Below, piece after piece: positions 38,405 through 49,573 of a stretch of 64,000 nucleotides of DNA. The translations under genes and the position numbers were made by a program. The notes under the pieces are model-generated. The model saw nothing but the letters and a program-made list of their open reading frames with translations. It ran no database searches and was not told the origin of the DNA. The DNA comes from Thermoplasmata archaeon (lineage in GTDB: Archaea > Thermoplasmatota > Thermoplasmata > GCA-020350865), in NCBI GenBank assembly GCA_020348445.1, contig CP070751.1:4588960-4652959 (forward strand), read 5' to 3'. Numbering within the stretch: position 1 is the stretch's first letter; every line of letters starts with the position of its first letter.

Positions 38405-40891
38405 ATGAGGAAGAAAATAACAATAGGAGTAGTATTGGCACTGGTTGCCATGGTTTTTGCAACTGTGCCTAAGTGTGCTAGCGGAGAATTTATCGGAAAT
38501 GTAAAAATAAATGCGGATGGTACTATAACACCAGCCGAGGCACCAATATCCCGAAACGGAGAAATATATACAGTGACCGGTGATATTACCGACGGGACAA
38601 TATTTATCTATAGGGCCGGAATAACATTGGATGGTAACGGTTTTACTGTCTCCGGTCCTCCGTCCGGGTCTTATCCTGTGTGTATCTATGTGTTCGGCTC
38701 CCTTGGTGCAAACGATGTTACTATTACGAATTTCAACCTCGTGGGGGGCCACCAGGGTGTATTTTTAGCCGGATCAAGTGGCAGTACAATAGTGGACAAC
38801 ACAATTAACTCGGTAAGCCACTATGGAGTATATATAGCCGGATCTGACAGCAATACGGTATCAGGAAATACTATCCAGGCTAGTGCTGTGATCGGTATCC
38901 ATATGGATACTGGTGCGGGGAATACCATAACCGGTAACACGGTTTCAACAAGCGGGAGTTATGGCATTTCGTTATATGGCGGTACAAACAACCAAGTAAC
39001 CCAAAATTCGGTTACATTGAGCGGTTGGGCCGGCATATACGTCGGGGAACAGTCCAGCGGCAATACAATCAATGGGAATACTGTTACGGACAATACTGGG
39101 AGAGGAATCTTCATAGGATCCACCGGAGGTAATACGGTGAGCGGGAACACGGTTTCGGGCAGCCATTTCGGTATCTACTTGTCCTGGTCCAGCGGCAACA
39201 CAGTAAGTGGTAACACAATTACAAACAGTGGAACTGGTATCTTTCTAGGCGCCTCCAGTAATAATAATATTAACGGAAATATTATTTCCAGTATTATTGC
39301 CAGTGGTAAATATGCTATCACTTTGGACGGGGGTAGCAATAGTAATATAGTTAGCGGCAACACAATAACGAACCAATTCTGGGGTATCACGATCGGTCAT
39401 TCCATAAATAATGTTGTCAATTATAATCCAATTTCAATTTGTGCTCGAGGCATTATACTAAGTTATGCTGATAACAATGAAATCAGTGAAAACACCCTTT
39501 CGAATTGTGGAGAGAGTATTTACTTAGGGACGTCCAGCATTAATGATGTTAGCAGAAATATTATTTGCGGCGGTAATTATGCCATCAAAGTGGAATGGTT
39601 CAGTAATAATAACATAGTTAGTGATAACTCAGTAACGGCTAACTTAGGAGGTATTTCAGTCGGTCATTCCGTAAATAATGTTGTCAATTATAACACAGTT
39701 TCAAATTGTGGAACTGGTATTGGTCTAGGAAATGCTGAAAACAATGAAATCAGTGAGAACACCCTTTCGGATTGTGGAAAGGGAATCTACGCAGGCTCCT
39801 CCCCTAATAATTATGTCAGCGGAAATGTTATTTCCAGCGGTAATTATGCTCTCACTTTGGACTGGGGCAGCAATAGCAACATAGTTAGTGGCAACTTGAT
39901 AACAGCCTATCTCTTCGGTATCGGGGTCGGCCGTTCCACAAATAATGTTGTCAATGACAACCAAGTATCAAATTGTGGATGGGGTATTTCACTTGGCAAT
40001 GCTGAAAATAATGAAATCAGCGAGAACTCGGTTTCGAGTTGCTCGAATGGAATCCACGTAAGTTCCTCAGTTGACAATATTATCTGTTGGAACATGGTCT
40101 CGGGGGGAACTTATGGAATTGTTCTAGTTGGGAATAGTAACAGCAACAAACTTTTTGAAAACACCGTCTCGAGTAATAATTACGGTGTACATCTGCATCT
40201 GTCCAATGTCAACTTGATTTTCCATAATAGTTTTATCGAAAACGCAATACAGTTTAACAACATTGAATCGACAAATACTTGGGATAATGGCTATCCATCT
40301 GGTGGCAACTATTGGAGCGATTACACAGGTATCGATGAGATGAGCGGCCCAAACCAAGACATCCCGGGGAGTGACGAAATAGGAGATACACCATATATCA
40401 TCGACCCCGATAATCAAGACAACTATCCTCTCATAGATCCTTGGGGACCTAAATATATGATAATAGAAGTTATCTACGAAATTGAAGAAATCATAGAAGA
40501 AAATCCAAACACACCCCTCGCAGATAAGATGGAGGATGCGCTGGCCAAGGTGTACACCGCCCTTGAGGAGCTCACGAAATCACCACCCGACAATCAGGCG
40601 GCAATGGGAAATATCGAAGGCGCAGTGGGAGATATAGAAGCAGCAGTGAATGACGGACTTCTCGATAAAGATAAGGGTATAGAACTCATGGATAAGCTCA
40701 TAGAAGTTGCAAGACAGTTGGCAGTGGAAGCAATCGAAGAGGCTATTGAGCAGGGAGGAGATCCAGATAAGATTCAGGAGGCGCAACAGTTACTGGCTGA
40801 AGGTGACCTGCTAAGAGAGGCAGGACAATACAAAGATGCTGTTGCCAAATATAAGGATGCACTTGCAAAGGCAGAAGGCGCTATATCCTGA
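38405..40891 (+). CDS. Secreted NosD/right-handed parallel beta-helix protein with helical C-terminal domain
   Basis: Signal peptide, 22-aa N/S/I-rich repeats, WDNGYPSGGNYWSDY...DNYPL cap. Confidence 0.85.
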   Translation: MRKKITIGVVLALVAMVFATVPKCASGEFIGNVKINADGTITPAEAPISRNGEIYTVTGDITDGTIFIYRAGITLDGNGFTVSGPPSGSYPVCIYVFGSLGANDVTITNFNLVGGHQGVFLAGSSGSTIVDNTINSVSHYGVYIAGSDSNTVSGNTIQASAVIGIHMDTGAGNTITGNTVSTSGSYGISLYGGTNNQVTQNSVTLSGWAGIYVGEQSSGNTINGNTVTDNTGRGIFIGSTGGNTVSGNTVSGSHFGIYLSWSSGNTVSGNTITNSGTGIFLGASSNNNINGNIISSIIASGKYAITLDGGSNSNIVSGNTITNQFWGITIGHSINNVVNYNPISICARGIILSYADNNEISENTLSNCGESIYLGTSSINDVSRNIICGGNYAIKVEWFSNNNIVSDNSVTANLGGISVGHSVNNVVNYNTVSNCGTGIGLGNAENNEISENTLSDCGKGIYAGSSPNNYVSGNVISSGNYALTLDWGSNSNIVSGNLITAYLFGIGVGRSTNNVVNDNQVSNCGWGISLGNAENNEISENSVSSCSNGIHVSSSVDNIICWNMVSGGTYGIVLVGNSNSNKLFENTVSSNNYGVHLHLSNVNLIFHNSFIENAIQFNNIESTNTWDNGYPSGGNYWSDYTGIDEMSGPNQDIPGSDEIGDTPYIIDPDNQDNYPLIDPWGPKYMIIEVIYEIEEIIEENPNTPLADKMEDALAKVYTALEELTKSPPDNQAAMGNIEGAVGDIEAAVNDGLLDKDKGIELMDKLIEVARQLAVEAIEEAIEQGGDPDKIQEAQQLLAEGDLLREAGQYKDAVAKYKDALAKAEGAIS

Positions 40892-41029
40892 AAATTGTAA
40901 TTGATTTGGTCGGAAACATTGGCACCTTAATTGTGGAATAAAAGACCAAGTGATTAAGAACATCACTTCAATCCTCTCTTTTATTTATTTTTCTATTTTT
41001 ATACTATTAAGATTTAAATCTAATTTTCT

Positions 41030-41690
41030 TTCTATCTCACGGATTTAGCATGCCAATGCACATCAGTTGAATCATCAATTAGAAGCTGTGCATCTATATG
41101 TAAATCATCTAAGTATAGTGTCATATCAATACAATAATTCACATGCCATCTGCGGGAGTTGTTGGATTATGCTTTGGAGCTAGATTCTGATGCACTGGCT
41201 GAGCCCTTTTAATCCCGGGATTTGGGGACTTTTCTGGATGCGCAGGTGGGGTATGTGTGATGGAATTTGATGGGTTTTTGCCAGATTCGTGAGGTGGGGT
41301 GGATTTTGGGGTTTGTTGGGCGCGCAAAAAGGGGCGTGTCGGTGGATTGGGAGGTCAGGGGAAACGGTGGATGTGGGTTACGGGAATGGTTGGATTCTCA
41401 GATAGTTGAGCAGGCTTTATCTCACGGATTTGAATTCCGTTTTCCTGGGGTTACCCCTCGGATTCCGGATCCACAGTGCACGTTAGTTCAGGTAACAATT
41501 ACATTCGTGCACGTGAGTTTAAATTACCTGTGGATTTTCGGGCTTACCCCCCGGATTTCGGATCCGGTTTGAGGGGGTTAGCACTCGAATTTCGGATAGG
41601 GCCAGTGGATTTAGCTGTGTGTTTTCTTGGAGGATTTTTACGGGATTCGTGAGGTGGGTGGGGTTTTGCTTGGCAAAAGGGGTGGAAGAA
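41030..41690. repeat. Composite repeat copy 6 (about two tandem diverged cycles)
   Basis: B-C-D-E then module A at 41320, then diverged B units with GGATCC cores, E and partial F. Confidence 0.85.
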
Positions 41691-41918
41691 GTGCTTCCCC
41701 AATTAAAAAGTGAAAATCAGGAGAATGAAATTGTTTTTTAAAATGGGATAAAAAGGGCAAAGCTTTTTGGGAAATATGGAATGGTTTTGTCAGACCTCAA
41801 TTATCAATAAATCAGTAACCAAAAATCTTTAAAATAACAAATAGTATAATGTTGGAAGGTATCCTGATAATATTGTGTAACGAAGAATCATAACAATCTA
41901 AAGAGGGAGTTTGATAAA

Positions 41919-44900
41919 ATGATAAAGTTTACATCCACTATTATTGCCATGACACTCATTGTCACTGGAGTAGTAATAATAACTCCAAAGTTGACTCAAC
42001 AAACAACTGCATATACACCCCATGGCCCTATCTCCATTGATGGTGATACAGATTTCGCTACCCAAGCTTCAAACGAGGGATGGCCAGGAGATGGAACCGC
42101 GGGAAATCCATATATCATTGAGAACTATGAAATCAATTCAACATTTATAGGAATACATATAGTAAATGTGAATGTTCATTTTAAAATTAGAAATTGCTAT
42201 TTTCATGAATGTGATCCAGATGCCATCGCGTTTAGAAATACACTCAACGGGGTCATTGAAAATAATTTGTTAGTAAATAATAACGAAGGAATGCAAATCT
42301 GGCAGAGTGGGTATATCACCATCTCAAATAACAGTATATCACAACACTCATCGGTGGGTATATGGGTTCCTGATTGCAGTAGTGTTATAATATACAACAA
42401 CAGTGTGAATACCTCCCACTGGGGAATTGCAGTGGCAACCAGTGATCTTTGCACCATATCATACAATAAAATTTATTCAAATAGACAATATGGTATATGT
42501 CTAATTGGTAGTGCAAATCAAAATACGATCATGTATAATTATATCTCAAATAACACCGAGTATGGTATCATTTTAGAGGATTCCGATATTAACATCGTTC
42601 ATCATAATGATTTAATTGATAACAATGGGGCTAATGATTCTTATGATCCTGCCCATATACAAGCTTATGACAATCGTTCTACCAATGAGTGGGATGATGG
42701 CTATCCCTCAGGAGGAAATTACTGGTCTGATTACGATGGAACCGATCTTAACAGCTCACCAACCCAGGATGTCCCACCACCCGATGGTATGGGGGATACT
42801 CCCTATATAATTGATGGCAACAGCAGGGATAACTACCCATTGATGGAACCTGTTTTTCAATCAACACCATCGAAACCACAGAATCTCCAAGCATTAACTG
42901 GTAATTCCTTTGTAAATCTAACTTGGGAAGATCCGATCCTGGATGGTGGTTCATCAATCATCGGATACAATATCTATAAAAACGACACAACAGGTGTTCA
43001 TGCATTTGTCCCCTATGATCAAATGTGGTTCAATGATACGGGTTTGGCAAACGGAATAACCTATACTTACAATATTTCTGCAGTAAACATTAATGGTGAA
43101 GGGGCAAATGCAACAATAAGTGCGACTCCAAGCACAATACCCTCAGCTGTGGTAAACCTCCAGGTTGATGAGGGGTACGGCTATGTGAATCTCTCATGGA
43201 ATCCTCCAGGATCTGATGGCGGTTCTGCAATAATTGAGTATAGGATCTATCGAAACGGAACAACTGGACCTTATGATATAGTATCTGCGGATCAACCATG
43301 GTATAATGATACAAGTGTAAGTGAGGGAGTTAGTTACATATATAATGTAACTGCCAAAAACAATAATGGTGAAGGATCTAATTCAACAATTGTGGGAGCA
43401 CCTCTGGTTCCCACAATTCCATCAACGCCATTGAATCCCCAGACAGATTCAGGTAATGGCTATGTAAACCTCACCTGGGAAAAACCTTCATCAGACGGCG
43501 GTTCAGCCATAACGGGATACAATATATATAGGAACGGTACAACTGGAGTATATGTTTCTGTCCCGATAGGCAATTTGTGGTATAATGATACAAATGTCAC
43601 CAATAATGTGACTTACGCATACAATGTTTCTGCAGTAAATGGAGTCGGGGAAGGACCTCATACAACAGATATCCCTGGGACACCATTTGTTCCCACTATT
43701 CCCACTGCTCCGGTTAATGTCCAAGCAGATATAGGAAATGGATATGTAAATCTCACTTGGGATATTCCTTTGAATGATGGCAATTCCACCATCACTGGAT
43801 ACTACATTTATCGAAATGGTACAATAGGACCTTTTTCTTTTGTTCCTGCAAGCCATCGATGGTATGAAGACACTGATGTGACAAATGAAATCACCTACAC
43901 CTACAATGTTTCTGCGGTCAATGGAATAGGCGAAGGACCGAAGTCTCCTAATATTTTGGCTACTCCGCTCAACTTAACAGTTCCTTCGGAACCCAAAAAT
44001 CCATATGTAGATTTTGGCAATGGTTTTGTGAACCTTACTTGGGTTATTCCTGATGATGATGGGAACTCTCCAATTACAATTTACAATATTTATCGGCATG
44101 ATATCTCGGGCATCTATGAAACTGTTTCAGGTGATCAGTTATGGTTCAATGATTCCAATGTCATCAATGGGATAACCTACTCTTACCAGGTTTCTGCTGT
44201 AAACAGCATTGACGAGGGGGATAAATCAACTGGAATTGATGCCACGCCCAGAACCACTGTATCTCCACCTCAAAACTTTCAGATCGAAATTCATGATGAC
44301 TTTTTGAATTTCTCATGGGATGTTCCTTTGGACGATGGGGGCTCACCGATAACAGGTTATAATATATACCGCAACGACACCTCAGAAGTCTATGGTTCTG
44401 TTGCAGCTAATCAGTTGTGGTTCATTGATGATGTCGTTGTTCCTGGTATCAATTATACTTATTATGTTTCTGTTATCAATGATGTCGGGGAGGGCCCTCT
44501 TTCTACTGGAAAAAAAGCAAAAGCTGGTGCAGCTCCTTCAGCACCTACTGATCTTGCGGTAACATATGGAGATTTGTACGTTAATCTTACCTGGACTGCA
44601 CCGGAATTTGAAGGTGGTTATCCAATCACGAATTATGTTATATACAGAGGTGAAACCAAAGGGGAAGAAACATACCTTATAGACATTGAGAATATTCTCT
44701 TCTATAATGACACAACTGTGCTTAATGGAGTTACATATTATTACAGTGTGAGTTCCAAGAACCATATCGGGGAGGGTGATTCATCTGAAACAGTAAATGC
44801 CACACCTGGGAAAACTAAGACTTTGATAAACCAGCCACCCACATGCTCGATCTCAACTCCTTCTTCGGGCTCCATAGTAAAAGGTACAATTGAGATAACT

Positions 44901-45368
44901 GGATTGGCTTCGGATAATGATGGAACCGTCCAGAAGGTACAAATAAGTATCGATAACGACGATTGGATTGAGGTTGAAGGGACCACTTCTTGGAGCTATA
45001 ATTTGGATACAACTTTCCTCTCAAATGGCGAGCATACCATATCTGTTAGGGCTTATGATGGAACAGATTATTCTCCTGAAGCCGCAATTAGTGTTCAGAT
45101 AGAAAATCCATCATCAGATTCCACTGAAAAATCGATGTTTGAAGAATCATGGTTCTGGATTCTTATCGTATTGGTTATTATCTTTCTCGTGTTCCTCTTT
45201 TTGTTAACAAGAATGAAGAGACCCATAGAAGAGATAGAGAAAGAAGGACCTGTTCCTTCCGAAGATGGAGTCATGCAGGAAGAGGAGTCACCTCCTCCTG
45301 AAGAGGAGGATTTGGTTTCGCCTGTGGATGAAGAAGATGAAAATACGGTTTATGAAGAAGGTTCTTGA
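41919..45368 (+). CDS. Surface protein: beta-helix (NosD-like) + multiple fibronectin type III domains + Ig-like domain + TM anchor
   Basis: GGNYWSDY cap; repeated VNLTW..P..DGGS.I.GYNIY....YNVSAVN..GEG; C-terminal TM and acidic tail. Confidence 0.9.
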   Translation: MIKFTSTIIAMTLIVTGVVIITPKLTQQTTAYTPHGPISIDGDTDFATQASNEGWPGDGTAGNPYIIENYEINSTFIGIHIVNVNVHFKIRNCYFHECDPDAIAFRNTLNGVIENNLLVNNNEGMQIWQSGYITISNNSISQHSSVGIWVPDCSSVIIYNNSVNTSHWGIAVATSDLCTISYNKIYSNRQYGICLIGSANQNTIMYNYISNNTEYGIILEDSDINIVHHNDLIDNNGANDSYDPAHIQAYDNRSTNEWDDGYPSGGNYWSDYDGTDLNSSPTQDVPPPDGMGDTPYIIDGNSRDNYPLMEPVFQSTPSKPQNLQALTGNSFVNLTWEDPILDGGSSIIGYNIYKNDTTGVHAFVPYDQMWFNDTGLANGITYTYNISAVNINGEGANATISATPSTIPSAVVNLQVDEGYGYVNLSWNPPGSDGGSAIIEYRIYRNGTTGPYDIVSADQPWYNDTSVSEGVSYIYNVTAKNNNGEGSNSTIVGAPLVPTIPSTPLNPQTDSGNGYVNLTWEKPSSDGGSAITGYNIYRNGTTGVYVSVPIGNLWYNDTNVTNNVTYAYNVSAVNGVGEGPHTTDIPGTPFVPTIPTAPVNVQADIGNGYVNLTWDIPLNDGNSTITGYYIYRNGTIGPFSFVPASHRWYEDTDVTNEITYTYNVSAVNGIGEGPKSPNILATPLNLTVPSEPKNPYVDFGNGFVNLTWVIPDDDGNSPITIYNIYRHDISGIYETVSGDQLWFNDSNVINGITYSYQVSAVNSIDEGDKSTGIDATPRTTVSPPQNFQIEIHDDFLNFSWDVPLDDGGSPITGYNIYRNDTSEVYGSVAANQLWFIDDVVVPGINYTYYVSVINDVGEGPLSTGKKAKAGAAPSAPTDLAVTYGDLYVNLTWTAPEFEGGYPITNYVIYRGETKGEETYLIDIENILFYNDTTVLNGVTYYYSVSSKNHIGEGDSSETVNATPGKTKTLINQPPTCSISTPSSGSIVKGTIEITGLASDNDGTVQKVQISIDNDDWIEVEGTTSWSYNLDTTFLSNGEHTISVRAYDGTDYSPEAAISVQIENPSSDSTEKSMFEESWFWILIVLVIIFLVFLFLLTRMKRPIEEIEKEGPVPSEDGVMQEEESPPPEEEDLVSPVDEEDENTVYEEGS

Positions 45369-45411
45369 TGATCATCCGCCAAATTCCCTTGGATAATTTG
45401 GGATTATGGCT

Positions 45412-45480
45412 TTGGTTTTTGAGCGCGCAAAAAGGGGCGTGTCGGTGGATTGGGAGGTTAGGGGAAACGGTGGAGGTTAG
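45412..45480. repeat. Composite repeat copy 7 (module A)
   Basis: Exact 26-mer core at 45423-45448. Confidence 0.9.
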
Positions 45481-45524
45481 GCTTGGGGTGAATTACGGAG
45501 GAGTAAAAGACAAAAGAAAAAAAG

Positions 45525-46031
45525 TTAATACCTTTCCCCTTTCCTATCAAGTAAACGTATCTTCTCTCTCACAGAACTCGTGAAATCTTCATCGATCTGC
45601 GAAAGTGCCTTTTGAGATTTCTCATAGAATATAATCGTGTTATCAAATAATTCCTGAAGTTTTTCTGATTTGGGAATTTTTCTTATATAATATTGAAGGT
45701 CTATCCTCGCCTCAAATGCGTGTTCCAAAAGTTGAACATCTGTTTCATCATAATATTCTTTTAATGCATATCGCATAAATGTTATTGAGCAAGAGTGTAT
45801 CTCGCTTTTCACACCCAATTCCATCATAACTGCATATAATGAATAATACATGGAATAATAGCATGCAGACATGGCCCATGAAGGACTTTTATTATGCAAG
45901 GTGCGCATAACGTCAGCCGATTCCTTAGCCTTGGCCATATAAGCTTTTGCCAAGTTATTATTTGGAGAAACCAACGAGATCCCCCGCTCTTTTTTAAGGC
46001 ACCATTGTATCTTTCGCTCATCCTCGTTCAT
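45525..46031 (-). CDS. HEPN-domain protein
   Basis: ACYYSMYYSLYAV...KSEIH...RIDLQY pattern; overlaps end of MNT gene. Confidence 0.8.
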   Translation of the reverse strand: MNEDERKIQWCLKKERGISLVSPNNNLAKAYMAKAKESADVMRTLHNKSPSWAMSACYYSMYYSLYAVMMELGVKSEIHSCSITFMRYALKEYYDETDVQLLEHAFEARIDLQYYIRKIPKSEKLQELFDNTIIFYEKSQKALSQIDEDFTSSVREKIRLLDRKGERY

Positions 46032-46620
46032 GAAAAACCTCCAATACTATTTTAACAAATATATCCGAGCCAACTAGCACTATGTGTTTTCTCATTACCT
46101 CTGTGATGAGAAAATCTCCACTTTTAAGGGCCTCTCTAAATTCCTCCTCAGTGTACTCCTTCACACTGGCTTTGATCTTATAGAACTTTTGGACATCGGA
46201 TAGGTCAGCATCAAAGGGTGAAAGGGCCAGAACATCCACATCTGAATTCTTCTTTTGGGTTCCATCTGCATAGCTGCCAAAGATAATTACTAATGGGCTT
46301 CTACTTTTTATTATTTCATCGATTAAATCCCTACCAAGTCCAGATTCCTCTCTAAAACGGACAGCTTTTTCCTCCTCTACCATGGAAAGGATATGCATCA
46401 GTGCAGGATTTGAAAGATTCAATCTATAAACCTTATTTCTCCCCTCTGTCTTCGATCTCAGAATATTTTCTTTTTCAAGGCGCAAAAGAACATTTGAAAC
46501 AGTCTTCTGGTTCATATTTAATTCCCTAGCTGCTTCTCTACCGTATATCTCATTTTGATAGTCACCAACGAACAAGGAAAACACCTTGAATATATTTTCA
46601 TTGAGCATAACATTACTCAT
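46018..46620 (-). CDS. HTH-fused minimal nucleotidyltransferase (MNT)
   Basis: N-terminal wHTH; FGSYADG...SDVDVL motif. Confidence 0.85.
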   Translation of the reverse strand: MSNVMLNENIFKVFSLFVGDYQNEIYGREAARELNMNQKTVSNVLLRLEKENILRSKTEGRNKVYRLNLSNPALMHILSMVEEEKAVRFREESGLGRDLIDEIIKSRSPLVIIFGSYADGTQKKNSDVDVLALSPFDADLSDVQKFYKIKASVKEYTEEEFREALKSGDFLITEVMRKHIVLVGSDIFVKIVLEVFHERG

Positions 46621-46654
46621 ATGAGTAAGGAGTTACTTAAATGTATTGGTAGCT

Positions 46655-46845
46655 ATTATCTCTCATATTTGGCATGCCATCTGCGGGAGTTGGGTGATCT
46701 AGGATTGATGTTGGAATCTTGTGCACTGGCTAAGACCTATTAATCCCGGGATTTTGGGGGATTTTACGCAGAGCAGAGGGGGTATGTGTGGTGGTTTTGA
46801 TGAGGGTTAGTGCCATCTGTGGGAGGTGGGGTGGGTTTTGGGCGC
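46655..46845. repeat. Composite repeat copy 8 (B, C, D, E)
   Basis: ATATTTGGCATGCCATCTGCGGGAGTT, GCACTGGCT, TAATCCCGGGA, GCAGAGGGGGTATGTG. Confidence 0.85.
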
Positions 46846-47052
46846 TCTGTGAAGCTTTGTGAATTCTTTTTATCCGTGTAACCGAGAAAAAAGACTATAT
46901 AAAAAGGGGGTCAGGGGGATTTCTCCCCCTGGACGTTTATCAATAATTTTTAAACGGGATTAAAAGATTGTAATCCCTTGTAAGATGGTGTTCCCAGGGG
47001 AAGCCCACGCAATATATTTAAGGTGATAGATTATTTATTTTATGGAGCAACT

Positions 47053-47490
47053 ATGACTCAAAAGCCAGGGCCAGGTCCCAGAAAAATCAGTAAAAAAGAA
47101 TACCAAGAACAGATCAAGGCTATGATAGTAATAGGTATTTATTTATCAAGCCTGGCTGCATTTATATTCTTTCTATTTCTGATAAAGTTCGAGGGATTTG
47201 AAGATCCATTAACCCTATCAATTGTAATGGGCATTTTATTAATAGGTATGATGGTTTTATATTGGAGTAGGAGAGAGCTGTCGGGAAAGACCATGTCAAA
47301 AAGGGAAGACGTAGTTTTTTTCTTAGGTCTCCTTATTGTTTTTACATTATTACTTACACCTTTAATCTATAAACCAATATTTGGCCAATTTGGATATCTA
47401 ATCTGTTTCTCAGGCGCATTTTTAATAGTACTTGGAATATCAGCAGTATCTTTATTGATTGCGAGAATTATTGGATATGCGCTGGAGTAA
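47053..47490 (+). CDS. Hypothetical four-TM membrane protein
   Basis: Four hydrophobic segments; ATG 47053 preferred over GTG 47023. Confidence 0.65.
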   Translation: MTQKPGPGPRKISKKEYQEQIKAMIVIGIYLSSLAAFIFFLFLIKFEGFEDPLTLSIVMGILLIGMMVLYWSRRELSGKTMSKREDVVFFLGLLIVFTLLLTPLIYKPIFGQFGYLICFSGAFLIVLGISAVSLLIARIIGYALE

Positions 47491-47564
47491 ACGGATAATT
47501 AAGTTTGAAATGGTACAGGTTGGTTACGAGAAGGATTTGATTCTTATGATTGATTAGAGAATAA

Positions 47565-47765
47565 GGCTCATATTTTGTACACTATCTGTGCGAGTTAGCG
47601 CTCATATTTTGGATAGAGCCATTGGTTCGAACTGACGATACTTGTTAGGGGTTTATACGATCTGTGAGAGGTGGGGACAGTTTTTTGGGGCGCGCAAAAA
47701 GGGGCGTGTCGGTGGAGGAATGGACAGCAAGGGGAAACGGTGGAGGTTGGTTACGGGTGTGGTTG
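47565..47765. repeat. Composite repeat copy 9 (B, E, A)
   Basis: GAGTTAGCGCTCATATT unit, GTGAGAGGTGGGG, exact module A core at 47690. Confidence 0.85.
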
Positions 47766-47821
47766 ATATATAGTTAAGATTCCTAGGAGAATGTGGATGC
47801 ACTATGAGGAAGGAAAAAGTA

Positions 47822-48172
47822 TTAATTTTGGGATTGGTTTGTTTGTTTATATTTTTTACATTGCTTAATTAATTCTCCTTGGAAGATATTAAATTCCTTA
47901 TTAAGCCTATACCCCTTAATTTTTACAGGATGGCCTGGTCCGTATTGGATGTCTTCGTGTAATGAGATTTCTGATCCCTTATAAATTTCCCCATTTGAGT
48001 AAAGCTCTATTATCATATGATATCTTCCACTCTTATCAATTTTAAACGCTTCCAATTCATCAGAAGATATCTTAATTTTATAACCTATCGCTGTAAGGGT
48101 GGAAATTACGATCTTTTTATTAATATGATATTTCGGGCTTTTAAGTAGTTTTTTGAAGGTGGTTTTTACCAT
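47822..48172 (-). CDS. Hypothetical basic protein
   Basis: 116-aa ATG-started ORF between two repeat copies; no motif recognised. Confidence 0.5.
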   Translation of the reverse strand: MVKTTFKKLLKSPKYHINKKIVISTLTAIGYKIKISSDELEAFKIDKSGRYHMIIELYSNGEIYKGSEISLHEDIQYGPGHPVKIKGYRLNKEFNIFQGELIKQCKKYKQTNQSQN

Positions 48173-48596
48173 ATTTTAAATCCCCTGTTCAATGATGATG
48201 TACCAAACAATATTTTTTAAATCTATCGTCTCTCCTTAGCGATTAGTTTCCACCAAATCCTCAACCTTATCTTGGTTGAATATATCAACCTTATGATGCT
48301 TAAATCTATGGCCTTCGCAATTCCCGACCTAGAACCAAATTTTGGTATTGTCTGACCATTGAAAGCTGGTATTGGGAGAGGGTTTTATATTGGAACATAA
48401 AAGCTTTCGTGGGTTTTTCACCAACCGCAAACTGAATTCAGACCACCGACCGTATATTTAACGGGTTTTAGCTTTACCAACCGCATAATTAATATGGATC
48501 TACCGGATCGCCTGCCGTATATTTAATGGCGCCAGAGGGATTGTAAATCTAGTTTTTAGGTAGGGTTTTTAATTTTGCGGTCGGTGGGTTGATTGT

Positions 48597-48985
48597 GAGC
48601 GCGCAAATTCGGGTGTGTCGGTGGAGGAATGGACAGCCAGGGAAACGGTGGAGGGGGGTTACGAATGTGGTTAGACTTTTGGATAATTGAGCAGGGAATA
48701 ACGCTCATATTTGGCATGCCATCTGCGGGAGTTAACGCTCATATCTTGTATACAATGTAACGCTCACAGTTGGTAAAGGATTTGGGTGTCAACGCTCATA
48801 TTTGGTATACCATCTGTGGGAGTTAGCGCTCATATTTCGTATAGAGCCAGTGGGTTGAGCTGATGATATTTTTTAGGTTTTGTACGATCCGTGAGAGGCG
48901 GGGGCGGTTTTTGCTTGGCAAAAGGGGCACGTAGCGAATCTAGGGAAGATTCGGTAGGTGATGTAGGGGTGGGGGCGGTTTTTTG
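48597..48985. repeat. Composite repeat copy 10 (A variant, B x5, E, F)
   Basis: GCGCGCAAATTCGGGTGTGTCGGTGG, unit series as in copies 2 and 4, module F as in copy 5. Confidence 0.88.
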
Positions 48986-49092
48986 GTCTCTGCGGGGGTT
49001 TGGGAATTCTTTCTGTCCGATCAGCCGACAAGGGAAGTCATAAAAAAAAAGTTGGCCTATGTTAATCGGGAATGGAGTTGTGAGCAATCCTC

Positions 49093-49440
49093 TTACACTT
49101 CCTTGAACACAATTTCATTGGTCGTAAAGAAGTCTTTTACAAAATTGACAGCTTCATCCACAGAAAAATGTTTACACGTGTAGATATCGACACTCAGGAA
49201 TTTAAAATTCTCCCACGCATAAATATGACTTCCGGACTCGATCCAATGAACATAACCATACAAACCGGCATGTGTTACGCCTATCGTTCTTCTGATAAAA
49301 GGTTCGATATCTATGGTCATTTTCAGCGCTTTTCCCAGTTCAAGTAAGAACCGCGAGATATCTTCTTCATCTAATTCCATTTCGTACTTTGCTTCTATTA
49401 TCAATCTCTGTCTAATAATCCTTGGTTCCAGGTTTTTCAT
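49093..49440 (-). CDS. S-adenosylmethionine decarboxylase-like protein
   Basis: HWIESGSHIYAW (E-S cleavage site region) and SVDIYTCK motif. Confidence 0.7.
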   Translation of the reverse strand: MKNLEPRIIRQRLIIEAKYEMELDEEDISRFLLELGKALKMTIDIEPFIRRTIGVTHAGLYGYVHWIESGSHIYAWENFKFLSVDIYTCKHFSVDEAVNFVKDFFTTNEIVFKEV

Positions 49441-49573
49441 GGGCAGAAATCGTTTACTGAAGTATATTATACTTTGTTTCTACGGGATTAAAAGGGCAGA
49501 GCCCTTTGTGAGATAAAGATAAATCTTTAAAAAATCGAAATTGTTAAATCTGGACATTATTATTACACACTAT

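Noticed and set aside
46912-46931. GC hairpin CAGGGGGA-TTTC-TCCCCCTG as an IS200/IS605 end
   Set aside because: No tnpA/tnpB or second end nearby; a single 8-bp hairpin is insufficient
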